64,000 nt of DNA, taken from positions 23,560,001 to 23,624,000 of the forward strand of contig JAQFVV010000003.1 of the NCBI GenBank assembly GCA_028023455.1. Direction: 5' to 3'. Numbering within the stretch: the stretch's first letter is position 1; every line of letters begins with the position of its first letter. Below the pieces are notes generated by a model. The model searched no databases. It was not told where the DNA came from and was given only the letters and a program-made list of their open reading frames with translations. Of this stretch, positions 1 through 12,746 are shown piece after piece. Position numbers and translations under genes: made by a program. This DNA comes from Epiperipatus broadwayi (lineage: Eukaryota; Animalia; Onychophora).

Positions 1-1805
1 TTTAGCATAATCGTAGAATGGGAAATTAAGAATTAGAAGTGCCCATATTGATTTCTAGATATTTAAAGTAGAAAAAAAAATTCTTTTATTGAAATAGAAT
101 GAAACTGTTATGCTCAATTTGCCATTTTGTTGGTCAGATGGCACATGACTCTGGAGTATTTGACATATAATCTTTTTTTTTTTTTTTTCAATTAGTCAAT
201 ATATTATTTTTCATTTTTGGTATATATAGAAAACATTTAACCTAATTTGAACTCACTTGCAAATGTGAATTATTTATATTATTTAGAACAAGATAGTATA
301 TTGGACTTGAGAGCTTAAAAGTTCTTGGATTTAAGTTCCATTTGTCATTTTGGTGCTCAGTGACAAATGGTATTAACAATATACAGTCAATTATTTATTT
401 ATTGAATATTAATATCAAAAATTTGTTTTCAATAAATCTTTTTAAAAAAATTAATTTTATAAGAATGAATTATTTTTGAAATAATAATGATGATGATGAA
501 GAGGATATGTTTTAGAAGTAGAAATGTTTGCTAATAAACTATTTTGTCTTTGTAATTTATTGTTAATTATTCAAAATCTGAGTTGCTCTGAATTACTTGA
601 AGGGATCTTTTTTTTTTTTTTTAAATCTTCTGAACTGCAGCTGACTTAAGAAATTAAGATATCATGGTAATATAATTTAGTTGACAGTGAAATACATATA
701 TGGGTAGAGATTATTATCCAGGAAACTAATTTTAATTTTTATCGGTAATTATTTGTTTTTCAAGCAGTTTGTCTTGTCAAGATCAATTAGTTTCTTTATA
801 CACCTGATATATGAAGAGCTCATGTTGTATTAAGCATATGCTTGACTATAAATTATAAGAATTAATTTGTGATTTGACATATTCGTATTAAGTATAGTAT
901 ATACACACTCAAAAGCTTTATGTAAGTGTGAAAATACTACTAGCATATACAAGTGCTATTTTTGCATACTGAATTAATTGTGTGTATATATATCACATTT
1001 GTGGAATATGAACTAAGTTAAACTTTGGTACTTAAAAGAATTTTAAAAACATTCTACAAACAAATAACTATTATTTAAATAACTCCAACAGTATTATTAA
1101 TAATAACAATAATATAGTTACTTTAGTTATTCTGGAGGTCATGATTTTCAAGATCCAAAAAAACTAGTTGAGCATAACAGTTCTACTCATTTGATCAGAT
1201 TAAGATTGAGTTTTTCCTCCTCCAATTACTCAACTGAAAATCAATTCCTGAAACTTTAGTTTTTGAGGCCACTATTCTACTACTGTTCACAAGACTTTAT
1301 TGAAATGGTATGGGAGTTGTCACTGACCAATTATTCTACTTGTATATATATATTTACTCAAAAGCAAATAAAGTATATATGCATCAGAGTACTATTTAAA
1401 CAATAATGATTATTATCAGTAATAGTTTATAATTTTTTTGTCATCTCTCTAACAGTTTATTTTAGCATCTTGGTTTCAGGGCTATATTAATGAGCTCTCA
1501 CATTAATGTCTATTAAATTCCAAAACACAGTACAAAGAACACTTCAGGGGTGCCACAAAATATAGTAATTAACAATCGCATAACACTTTTTTACAATAAA
1601 AATTTAAAATTAAAGTATAAAAAAGTAATTGATATATTCTGAATTATAAAAGATAAACATCCTCACATTATATTAGAGCTATTATTACTAATAAAGCACT
1701 TACATAATTTAAATGCAGTGATGGAGTAATGGAACTCTGGGATTCTCTAGTTGTATCATTTCTGGTATTTAAATATCTCAGTAATTTCCACGCAATAACC
1801 TTTCA

Positions 1806-1931
<126 letters not shown>

Positions 1932-4099
1932 TAAAGAGAGAGTGAGAGACTAAAACCAATAGAAAATATATGAGAGTATGCTTGCTAAAATTTTATCTAG
2001 CATTAAAAAAAATCTGTTGATCACATAGGTTCAAATATCTAAATATTTAATTGTATTTTAATAATCCATTATCACTTTTGTTATTGAATACATATACAAT
2101 TAAAATTATAAATTATTTAATACCTTTGTAATCATTTTATTGAAAGAGCTACATATGACTTAAACCTATTAATAATGTTATACATTATTTCTAATCATAT
2201 AAACATGACTTCTATGAGATGTTATATCATAACTCAAAATCATGAATTATGGAAGAGGACAATGAAATCTTTCTCATAATATCATTACATTTAAAGGTTG
2301 CAGATTAGGATGATATAAAATGACAAATTATACATGTAAAAAGTATAATAAGAAGTAGAAATGTCATAAGCAAAAATTATCAAAATAGGGTGCCCACTAT
2401 GATGATTTATTCATCTTCAAATAATTATTTACATCAAATTTTAATTATAACAAATATTCAAATAATATTTCTCAAATATATCATGTGATCTATTTTAGGA
2501 CTCATGACAACATTAAGGAGTAATTTAATGAAACTTGTAAAATGAGAGTTGGAATGGATCAGTGACTTAGAGTGTTATTTTTAAGGGGTGCCAAAAATTA
2601 TAAAAACCAGTAAATTGAATCTTTTTGTCAAACTTATCATGAATTACAAAATTGTTGAATATTTCTATTTTTTTTTTTAATCCATCATTTGTGTCTTTTT
2701 AAAAAACTAAAAAAACCTGGATTATTTGCTTCCTTTAATTTTTTAAAATATTTTTTTGTAACAAATTAAGCATTCATTGCAATGCATATAACTTTTATAA
2801 TCTTGTATAATAATAATATAAGTAATTAATCATGTGGTATTAAAGCACCCTATGACAGTTTGGACACAATCATCCCATTTAATTAAAAAAAAAATTGAGA
2901 ATAGATCCTGAAACTTTAATTGTTAAAGTGTTATCTTTCAATACTTAGAATTTAAAATGACTTTTTTTGTTCATTTTAAATAACTACAGTGTATGTTATA
3001 GGTATAATATTTATTCATTTATGGTAGCTTCCCTTGTATATTATATAAAATTATTTGTCATAGTGTTTACCTTCATTATAAAACAGCATATCATTTGGCA
3101 CTATTATACACATTTAAGAATTTGTTGTTTGTTATTACTAGTTGAAATGTAAATGTATAAGATAAAGTTTTTAAATAATCGATTGTACCACCAAGGCTTA
3201 CCTCATAATTACTCACAAAGAAGTATTAAAAAAGATAGCACTTTTTACCAGGATAGCCAATTGTCTTACAATGAGAGTTTCAACAGTTCTTCATCCTTGT
3301 TTTACTGTGTAGTGAACTGTAGCAAGTACACATTATTTACCAACAAACATGAGCTGAGTTTGGCTGTGGGCCAATTATTAAAAAAAAAAAAAAAATAAGC
3401 CTTAAAAAAAAATTCATGTTTATTTCGTGCAAATTTAACCCAAGTCATAACACAGAAAAGCTATAGCTGCATTATTTTTATTTTATTTTAAGTAATATTC
3501 TTTATTAAAAAACACAAAGGATATTTACATAATTACCAAAGATATGTTTAGTTTAACACAATTTCTTCAAAGCTGTCACAATTAAACTCGAGATATATAT
3601 ATAACAAAAACCACAATCTCAAATATATATATGAACAATATTTCTCTCTTATTCCAGCAAAACAGAGCTTTCATTAAATGTTTTTGAGAGGTTTAAAGGG
3701 AAATAATTATTTTTCTATTTTTTCAAGTTATTCTTTCTAGAGAAGATGAGAGCAAACATTTTCTGCTTGAATCATAAAGATGACTAACTAACTGGGCTAA
3801 GTTAGAGTGTGATTTTTTTATCACACACATCCAGGTTTTTTTTTTCCAAAGTTAATAACTTATGATACTATTAAATAAAAATCTTTTTCATTCATTGTAG
3901 TAATTATAATTTCCTTTTCTTAGTAAATGTATATATCTTTTAATTTCTTCAACAGGTGTTTTTTTCTTCTTTTTATGTCAACATTCATATCTACTAATCC
4001 TTTACATTTTTCTCCCACATACATGACTTCATCTTATTAAAACTTTTGTCTTGATTTCAAATTTTATAAAAATTTAATATATATTTAAAAACCTATTTA

Positions 4100-5200
4100 A
4101 TAAAGATCTCATTTTTAATTTTAGTTAACTTGACTTATCGAACTTGCTCTCTCAACTTTTATAGCTGTTTTTATTTTTTGCTTTAAGCTTTATTTATAGC
4201 AAATTATTATTTTTGTCCAAATTTACTGTCGCTACCATATCACAGTGAATCCTCTGCTCCACGTGGTGTGGACAATGGACCTGAGAGATAAAAGTTTCTG
4301 AATTGATTTTCAGCTACATAAAGTATAAAAAATGTTTATGTCTTTTGAATTGAACTGTTGCGCTCAGCCTGTCACTTTAGTGCTTGAACCATACAATTAT
4401 CGACTTCCTCTTCCTTTCTATATATTTATAGAATATGTACATGAAGCAGCGGCAACTTGTTTAAAATATATATCAACAAAACTAAAACTGTCATTGAAAG
4501 TAATTGCTTTATGCTTTTGTTAATTGCGATTTATGTTGTACTTTTAAAATAACAAAGAACTACTAATCTTATATGATCTAAAACTCATCCTGGGATGAAG
4601 AGTATTTGAACATTCTGTTAAAGTATATGTCATCTCGTTTTGAATTTCTATGTAACTGCAAATTTATGCACAAAAATACAGTGGTAGTCAATGCAATTGT
4701 AAAACTAATGAAAATGTCAGATAATTGGTATTGGGATTAACACAATACGTGTTCAATAATTACATCAATGCTGTTAGATGTAGATAAAAGACAGCACATT
4801 TAAATAAAGAATTGCATTCTTAATGCCAGGGAGAGAAAGTTTAAAATTATGAATCGAGAAGGAATAATTATTACCTTATTTTGATGTGTTATTTTTCTGA
4901 AATTCTGGGTGCTTTGGTCGAATCATGGATTTTGGAGCTCAATATCCATGGTTCGCAACTGCGTTCTGTCTTCTTCAAAGTGTCCGCATTTTAAACGAAC
5001 TCTCTGGGCAATAGAATATTCGATTATTATATTATTCTTCTGGGGAAAAAAAAGTACCATTTTTATTAAGATAAATTTTTGCTATTTTCATCATAATTTG
5101 AAATAATTTGATTTCGAATTGTAAAAAAAATTATTTCAAAATTATATTTAAAAAAAAATCGAGTAAGGATTTTAATAGTTTTTTTTTTTAAAAAAAAAAA
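4100..5200. promoter_or_regulatory. CpG-retaining patch, candidate unmethylated promoter / 5' region
   Basis: Many CG dinucleotides (gcagcggc, ttcgcaactgcgttc, gtccgc, aacgaac, ttcgatt) against a background where CG is rare. Promoter role is inference. Confidence 0.4.
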
Positions 5201-6280
5201 AAGAACCCCCCCCCCCCAATATTATAATATTAGTTTTTTGGGAGATGGCATGTACTTAAGATATCATTCACTTAATCTGAATACTTGCTTTAATAATAAT
5301 CCTTAGATCAGAAACATATTTGATAATGATTAATAGATGTATTAAAATTATGACCATTAGAATATAAAGAGAAAACTATTTAATCAGAAAGAAAATCTAA
5401 ATACGTATATAAAAGAAAATTTTGAAAAAAAAAAAAGATGTAACAATTCCTTAAGGTTTGGCACTTGGAAATCCCATGTATAGACCAAATGAGGAATAAG
5501 AATATATTAAAAATAACTGAATAAAAACCAAATATTTAAAAGGTGATGATAGGTCATATCACTGGATACTGAGAATAGAGCACCATGCTTTTCGATGTAA
5601 AATGAGGTTTGGAAGAAATTGATGAAAATATTCTTCAGAGATATTCCAACCTAAATCAAGAAAGAATGTTATTGAAATTAAATTATGATGTTGCAGTGAA
5701 AAGAGTTGAAAAAGTAATTAATAGGGAAGGGTATAAAGAGATGGTAGATGTATGTGTATACAGACTGAAAGTCATCCTAAAAAAAAAATTATGGCAATAT
5801 TTTTTTCATATTGAGAGTATGAATATTTTGACATTATTGATTATTCATTATACTGTAAAAAGCTTAGTGAAGATGCAGATTATCACTACATAATTTGGAA
5901 ATAGCACATTATACCTAGTTTGATATACACTATTCTATGATTAAAAGTCTGTAATTACTTTTTAACTAAAATATTTATTTACAAAAAAATTAATCTGATT
6001 CATGTAGTAACTTGCTTTCAAACTGTAGTACAAAAGTAAAAAAGTACAAAATAGAGCAATTTTAATAGTTTTTCTTGTCTAAATGAAAATAAGTTGATCG
6101 GAAATCGATTATAAAGTCTGTACATAATAATATTCTGAATGAAGATAGTGTATATTGTCTATATATTAAAACAGGCAAAACTCTCCATACAGTAGTGCCA
6201 CTCAGTGCAAGCCAGAGTAATCAATGGATGCCAGAAGGCTTGTATATAAGATCTCTGTCTAGAGCCTATTCATCCAATAT

Positions 6281-6320
6281 CCCCAGACTAGTTTCTAGCT
6301 TTTGACTTTCATCAGTGAGG
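6281..6320 (-). ncRNA. Minimal type I hammerhead ribozyme (family A copy 1)
   Basis: - strand reads cctca CTGATGA aagtcaaaagcta GAAAC TA GTC tgggg. Stem I is cctca/tgggg, stem III is palindromic ACTAGT, cleavage triplet is GUC; stem II is decayed. Confidence 0.75.
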
Positions 6321-6734
6321 AACCTTGGATCTGAGAGCACTGCACCTAAATCTTAGGATCTAATGTAATCCTCCAGCAGCTACATTTTATGTCTACTTAA
6401 CTACAAAACTATGAGAATAAAATTGAGAAACTATAATATTTTCAGTCCAAACTCATTAGCTTATATAATCATATAGGTCTGAACTCAGTTCAGTACCCAT
6501 ACATTTTGGTATCTTTGGTTCTTTAATAATCATGGCCACCACTATCCTATTAGGCAGGATTGGTATTAATCCACTAAACATCACATTATCATAATTTCTT
6601 ATGCTTGCTCAAAACCGTTATTAAAACAGGCAAACTCTCCATACAGTATTGCCACTCAGTGCAAGCCATAGTAGTCAATGGATGCCAGAAGGCTTGTGCA
6701 TAAAATCCCTGTCTAGTGCCTACTCATCCAATAT

Positions 6735-6774
6735 CCCCAGACTAGTTTCTAGCTTGTGGCTTTCTTCAGTGAGG
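6735..6774 (-). ncRNA. Minimal type I hammerhead ribozyme (family A copy 2)
   Basis: - strand reads cctca CTGAAGA a-agc-cacaa-gct-a GAAAC TA GTC tgggg. The core is intact; stem II is agc/gct with an A-A closing mismatch. Confidence 0.8.
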
Positions 6775-8228
6775 GATTTTATGCACAAGCCTTCTGGCAT
6801 CCATTAATTACTCTGGTTTGCATTGAGTGACACTATTGTATAAAGAGTTTTGCCTATTTTAATAACAGTTATGAGCAAGCATAAGAAATGGTGATTACAT
6901 GATGTCTATATATTGAAAAAGTTGTAATGTTTGTTTGGATAAAATTTTATATCATGCTTATTCCTTTTTAACAAGAATAATTATAAATTATATTAGCCAG
7001 TATATGGGCATTCTGTCATAAAATTTCATGATACAATATTTATGATTGCCCTTTTCTGTTATATTTGAAGAAGTAAAAAAATCGGTATTCTGCTTTTAGT
7101 GCTAATAGAATAGTTATTTTATCTGTTTGATAATCTATTATAATGAAATAATGATCCTTTAAATGTTATGATATGGTGCTAAAAGTGATAAGTGAGAATG
7201 AATTGTTAAATATGGTGTTAAGAAATGATAAACTAGAACTGATGATCTATTATCACTTGATCATAGTTCTTTGGTGCTATTAAAAAAACAACTATATATC
7301 TATTTTATTACATTTTTTTTTTAAAAAAAGCTGAATTTATATAATAAATTATGATGGCTGGTGAAAAATTATGCTTCCTTGAAATAACTTTTTATTATCT
7401 TTATAAATCTTAATGGAATGAAATTATGTGAGCAGAAATTAAATTAACTTTAATTTTATTACCTCTGACTGTTTGGGGTGACAAATCTATGCTGTTTTGC
7501 TTATAAAAGATGGAGGTGAAATAAAATATTAAACCAGTTACATTTTTCATAAAGAAAATTAATAAGAACATGAAAAAATAATCAAGAACTGTATTATTTT
7601 ACTACTTTTCTCATACCACTGAAAATCCAACAAAATAATGACTTATAGTATATATAGCCATATAAAAAAAATCTTCAATAGGAATTGTTAGGGCAGTAGG
7701 TTTTTGATTCAATACTTTGCCTATGGCCTGGGGTTCTAATCCAGACCAAGTAAAGTTATTTTCAGAGACTTAGGACTTTTTTCATAACCAACTGACCAAC
7801 CAACAATGGTCTGTAGAAGGGTATTTAAACAAAAATGAAGAAACACTAATCACCACTCAGCAATTAACAAGCATTGTTGAGCACTATTATTTTCACTCTT
7901 TCTCTGAGGAGCTGCCCTGTAGTTAGTTAGTTTTAAAAACCTATTTCATCTTTCTATGTCTGGCTATTCCATATAAAATATATATCTGATTTTAAACTTT
8001 CAATTTTCCAAACATCAAAATAAAATACAAAGTCAAAAAATACTGTTTGCTTTTTGATTAATATTTTATATCATTGTGATATATATATATATTCATTTTA
8101 TTATGCAATGAAATCTTTAGCTATTGTTTTCACTTTTTATTTTCTTGCATCTTTTGTTTGTTTTCATTGATCACAGAATCAGTGCCATAAAAATTAAGTT
8201 ATGTTCCGCTCTTGCTCTGTTGTTACTT

Positions 8229-8334
8229 TTTTTTCATTTCATATGTCAAATGCGTTGACTGGGAAGCGAACCCAGGCCAGTTGCTTGGAAGTCAACTATG
8301 CTAACCACTAGACCACCAATGCTTGATTGCTCCA
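8229..8334 (-). pseudogene. tRNA-Gly(TCC)-derived retrocopy/SINE with A-tail and 9-bp TSD
   Basis: 8322..8251 reads gcattggtggtctagtggttagcatagttgacttccaagcaactggcctgggttcgcttcccagtcaacgca, close to the animal tRNA-Gly-TCC consensus but with broken stems. It is followed by tttgacatatgaaatgaaaaaaaa. ttgttactt occurs at 8220-8228 and 8335-8343. Confidence 0.85.
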
Positions 8335-10719
8335 TTGTTACTTGAACTATCATTTTGCAAGATCTTGATGCACTATTTTCTCACATCAATAATTGTTTTT
8401 TAAAGAAATTTGAAATATGTAGAGTTTTTTTTTGGATTAAATGAAGGCTTAAATAAAATAAACAATCAAATGGTCTATATTACTTGAAAATTCGTAATAA
8501 TTTCATGGCCAGGATCCATGAACCTTGAACTCCAGACTCTACCCTTCTACTATTGCATTGAGCCAGTGACCCTTTGAAAACAATGTTTTATGAGCATTGA
8601 TTTAAATATTTTAATTTATTGCAATGATTTCTTTCAACGTAATGATCTTCAGTTAATTTTATATTTTATTCTTATTATTGGCAAATTTGAAATTGTGCCG
8701 TTATCTAAACTTTTGAAATATTGATAAAACTAAAAGCTTTCAGAAACTAGATACATTGCATGTGGAAACAATACTGTACTCTGACTATGGAAGTGATATA
8801 ATTCTAGCAAAATCATATAGTAAAAGTTTCTCAAAACAAATATTAATGATTTTCTTACAGAAAATAGTTTTAAATTTTTTTTTAATTTATAAAATATCGA
8901 ACTATAATTTTAAAGAACTTTTCATTTTGTCTTTTGATATTTATAAAGTTAAATCGATATTGTTATAAAATATAAAAGATTTGCAAATATCTATTCACTA
9001 AGTATTTTATAACTTGGGTTTTTAAATGATACATTAGTAATTACTGTACCATGCTATTGAAAAACAACTTTTAATTTGGATGGTTAACAATTTAAAAAAG
9101 TGAGCCAGTTTAAATATCTTAATAATTTTATGAGTAGAAAGGCAGATTTAGATATTAATATACAACAGGTAAGCCTACATATATATTGTAGCTGCTTTTA
9201 ACATGTTAAAAACATGATGTTTATTACTTAAGAATGTGAGCAAATTTAAATATCTTGTTAGTTTTTTGAGTAGAAAGGCATTAGATGTTGAAATGTAATG
9301 CAGACTTCAAAGTGTTGCAGCTGATTTAACAAGTTAAAAGATAGGTGTTTCATTGTGATAATGTAACCACTGTAAGTAATTTTTTTTGCATATAAATCTT
9401 ATTATTTTGCCCAATTTTTATAGGAAAATGAAAGGTGGACCTCTTACTAACATAACATAAAGACATCAGAAACATTTCACTTAAAAATACTCCATAAAAT
9501 TATAAAAATATGGATGGTAAGATAATAAGTCTAATCAGTATATCCTTCTGTTGTCAGATGCAACATTACAGAGTCTGTTAGTGTAAAATTACATCTTCAT
9601 TTGAGTAAACATGAAATAAGTGAATGGTAACAATCTATAAAAATATATTATGGTAGACTTTAGCATGATTTTTGCAGGAAAGTAGATCCTGTTTATGTTA
9701 TAAATTATTATCTCAACAATACTAAAAAGAAGTGCAATTTTGATTGCTTTTAGGAAGAAATAGAGGATAAAAAGAATACAGCGTAGAGCTACAATTAATG
9801 AAGGTGTTGAAGAATTTTAATAAGAAAAGTTTTGATGAACCAATGATTTTTCTACTGCCAATGATGACCCAAACACACTTTATATTCAGATGTGTTTATA
9901 TGTATACAATTTTAATATTACAGCAGTTCCATTGGATAATCATTTAATTGTTTTCACCTGTTATTTTTTTTATATATTCTCTATACTATTATTTTTTATG
10001 TATCATATATTTTTTGCAGTTCCTTGAAAAATGATGGATCAAGTTTCCTATAATTGAAATAACTTATTGTGTAGAATTTGGAAAGTAAAGAAAAGTTAGG
10101 TATAATTATACTAGAAAAAGTGCATTAGTAATTAAACTATAATTAGTACAGCATTTTGATTTGGGAATTATTTCTATTGAAGTAAGAGTTAATTTTCTGT
10201 TAATAATTTAATAAAACAATATTTCATTATTTTGTTTTTTTATTTAATTATAATACTATCTTTATGTTAGTAATATTTATTAAGGCTACCCACACTTATT
10301 TTATACTACAAATTATTGTACTCTTTGATGAGGAATAAATTTTGTAAAAGTATTGTATAATATCTAATTTTCTTTTGAAAGTAAAAATGTATAAACTTAT
10401 TATTTATTAATTTTTGTTTACATTGTAACTTCAATGTGTTAAATTTTATTTTTGATATAATTACTTATCAAACAATTTATTTTTGATTTAAATCTGTGTA
10501 TACATTCATAATACAGAAATAAATATTTGTGTGCCTAAATTAAAAAAGTAAAATGAATATAATGTCCTTTGGGATGGTATAAAATTATGTTGCCATGCAG
10601 TATTAATGGTAGTATATGTATTCATACTATTTGGTTCAATATTATTAATCGATTATCAGATAAGCATAAAATGTCAATCATTTTACTAAATAGTTTTTAT
10701 CATTTATTGATAGTGTGTA

Positions 10720-10975
10720 ATCATCATCATCGTCAAACATTATCAATCCATGGCAGAATGATGGTCTCTCCAAGTTCAATCTGCCTTCTCCGATCTTTAG
10801 ATTCACTTCCCCACATCACCCCTGCACACTTTCTTATTTCATCCATCCATCTATGTGGTCTCTTTCTGGGTCTTTTACAATCTCTTGGAATCCAGTTTAA
10901 GACTTCAATTGTTCATCTATTATCATCTCTTCTAGCAATATGTCCAGCCCAACTCCACTTCAGTCTTTTAATATA
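10720..10975 (-). mobile_element. RTE-clade LINE 3' fragment
   Basis: - strand encodes a RTE-like C-terminus (LKWSWAGHIARRDDR/WTIEVLNWIPRDCKRP-type) and ends in a (TGA)n tail; homologous to 23.4-23.7 kb and 40.9-41.2 kb. Confidence 0.85.
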
Positions 10976-12746
10976 ATTAATATAAATTATAATTCTTTTC
11001 TTTTACTAATTTTTCTGCGTTGACTATATTAGTATTAATATAAATAAACAAGAACATCACACTCTTCTATGCACTTTAAACAATGCATATATTGTGTATG
11101 TTAAAGCTCTGAAAAAAATCAGTGTAACTGTCAAAATTGTAGGCTAATTTTGGAAATTCGGAATAATAAAATATTGAATCAGTATTGTGTAAAGTGCATA
11201 GACAAATGTGTTAATTTTGTTTGTAATTATAAAATTATGATAAGCACTAGATATATATTTTTCTCTTTATAATTAATAAATAATCACTTTGTGTCTATAT
11301 TTATAATGAGTAAGATATATGTGATATATATTTCACACAAATAAAATAATAAATGCGTAAAACAAGCAAATGAATGAAGTGCAATAAATAAATAATTAGC
11401 TATTTGAGTTTGATTAGCTAAGTACTTTCTTGGTTAAGTGCAATAATTAAATTTATATTTGATCATCAGGTTAGAATGACTGACTTGGGAACAAAAGATT
11501 TTGAATTGATTTTTAGCAAGTAAAATTAAAAAAATATCCCAGCAGTGAATAAAATATAATTAATGCACTAAATCTGCTATTTTAGTGTTTGTCCATCATA
11601 CTTTTCCAAACAACTAATCCTATGATTATTTCAGGTTATGGGAATGTATTCCAGATATACTTATCTGCAGAAATATTTGTAAAGTAATGATGTAAACTGA
11701 CTGACAAATAGTTTGATAGCAGCATACTTTTAGTAGCAGCCATTACATCATGAAAAAATCTGGGCTTTTGTTTTATCATTTTGTATTGGGTGGAGATCAA
11801 TTGCATGTAGTCAGGAATTTAATCTTATAATTTGACCTCATGTTTTTCATATGATGCAAACTAATTTTTTAATTTTTATATCATCATTTTTTTTTAATAT
11901 ACATCTTTATTTGTGAGATTTATTAAAGTTTATATCACTCAAAATTAAGATTCTAGAATAAATTATGTTAAATACGACCACCAAGGATCAAGTGTTACTA
12001 CTTGCTTGTAATACAATTCCATTGCATAGATAATCTAATAAGCTTAGACAATTCTTAAGATATACTTTTATTACATTTTCATCTATTTCATAAATTTTGT
12101 TATATGATATTCTTTTGTTTTAAAATATTTGATATTTTAAAATATGGCATAATTGGAGAGGCTACTTTTAAAATTATTCTTATGTAGTGTTTATATACTG
12201 TATATAGAATTTTTCCATATTTCTAACCTTTGATAGTTTTTGAATTTTTTTTGCTAATTCAATTAATATACTTTTATTCCTAATTTGTTTCAAAAAGTCA
12301 AATTTTACATCTACTTGTATATCATTTTTCTTTTCCTACAGTGTAAATTGATGGTAGATAAAGTTTCTGGATGAAAGTTCAATTATTACTTTTGGTGCTC
12401 AGATATCACAACCTCCCAAATTATTTGCCATTCTATTGATATTTATTAATTCCATAAATTCTTTTACTTGTATATTTTACATACATTAACTTTGATTTAT
12501 AATTAATGACTTTTTCAAACATATGGTTGAAAAACTATGCTAGATGTATTTCAATCAATCAGGTTTCTTTAACTGAATACTTTTTAATCTTTATTAACTT
12601 TTTATTGTGGTTTAATAATTTTCAGCTAATATTGTTTTTGTTTTTTTGTTAATAAAATAGGATTTGTTGCAATGGCTGAAAAATTCCTTATTCAAATTAT
12701 ATAATCAGCAATTCTTATTTTATACCTGTGTGTATATATGTAATAT

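Larger units (their letters stand above)
6164..6908 (-). mobile_element. Hammerhead-containing tandem + inverted repeat (family A; Penelope pLTR / retrozyme-like)
   Basis: Direct repeat 6164-6320 vs 6619-6774 (period ~455). Inverted arms ~6594-6710 vs 6772-6889. Two hammerhead cores on the - strand. Homologous segments occur at 43.6-44.25 kb and ~54.9-55.07 kb. Confidence 0.8.

Noticed and set aside
1110-1320. Protein-looking frame YSGGHDFQDPKKLVEHNSS..
   Set aside because: Shares aactgtt(a/g)tgctcaa and flanking sequence with ~95-120 and ~62140-62190, so it is probably a dispersed repeat, not an exon.
3202-3316. In-frame TGA in VHYTVKQG*RTVETL as possible selenocysteine
   Set aside because: No resemblance to a known selenoprotein motif, a second stop follows, and no SECIS was recognisable.
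4230-4283. Candidate - strand exon (ctctcag|GTCC..ACA|gtaaat)
   Set aside because: Overlaps sequence resembling decayed tRNA-SINE heads (cf. ~301-340); splice signals may be chance.
5609-5893. 94-aa ORF, faint hAT-transposase C-terminus feel
   Set aside because: Non-ATG start, no diagnostic motif, no TIRs found.
7235-7270. CTGATGA inside a hairpin
   Set aside because: No GAAA or stem III; it is a simple agaact..agttct stem.
8615-8655. CTGAAGA...GAAA on the - strand
   Set aside because: No credible stems I-III; likely chance in AT-rich DNA.
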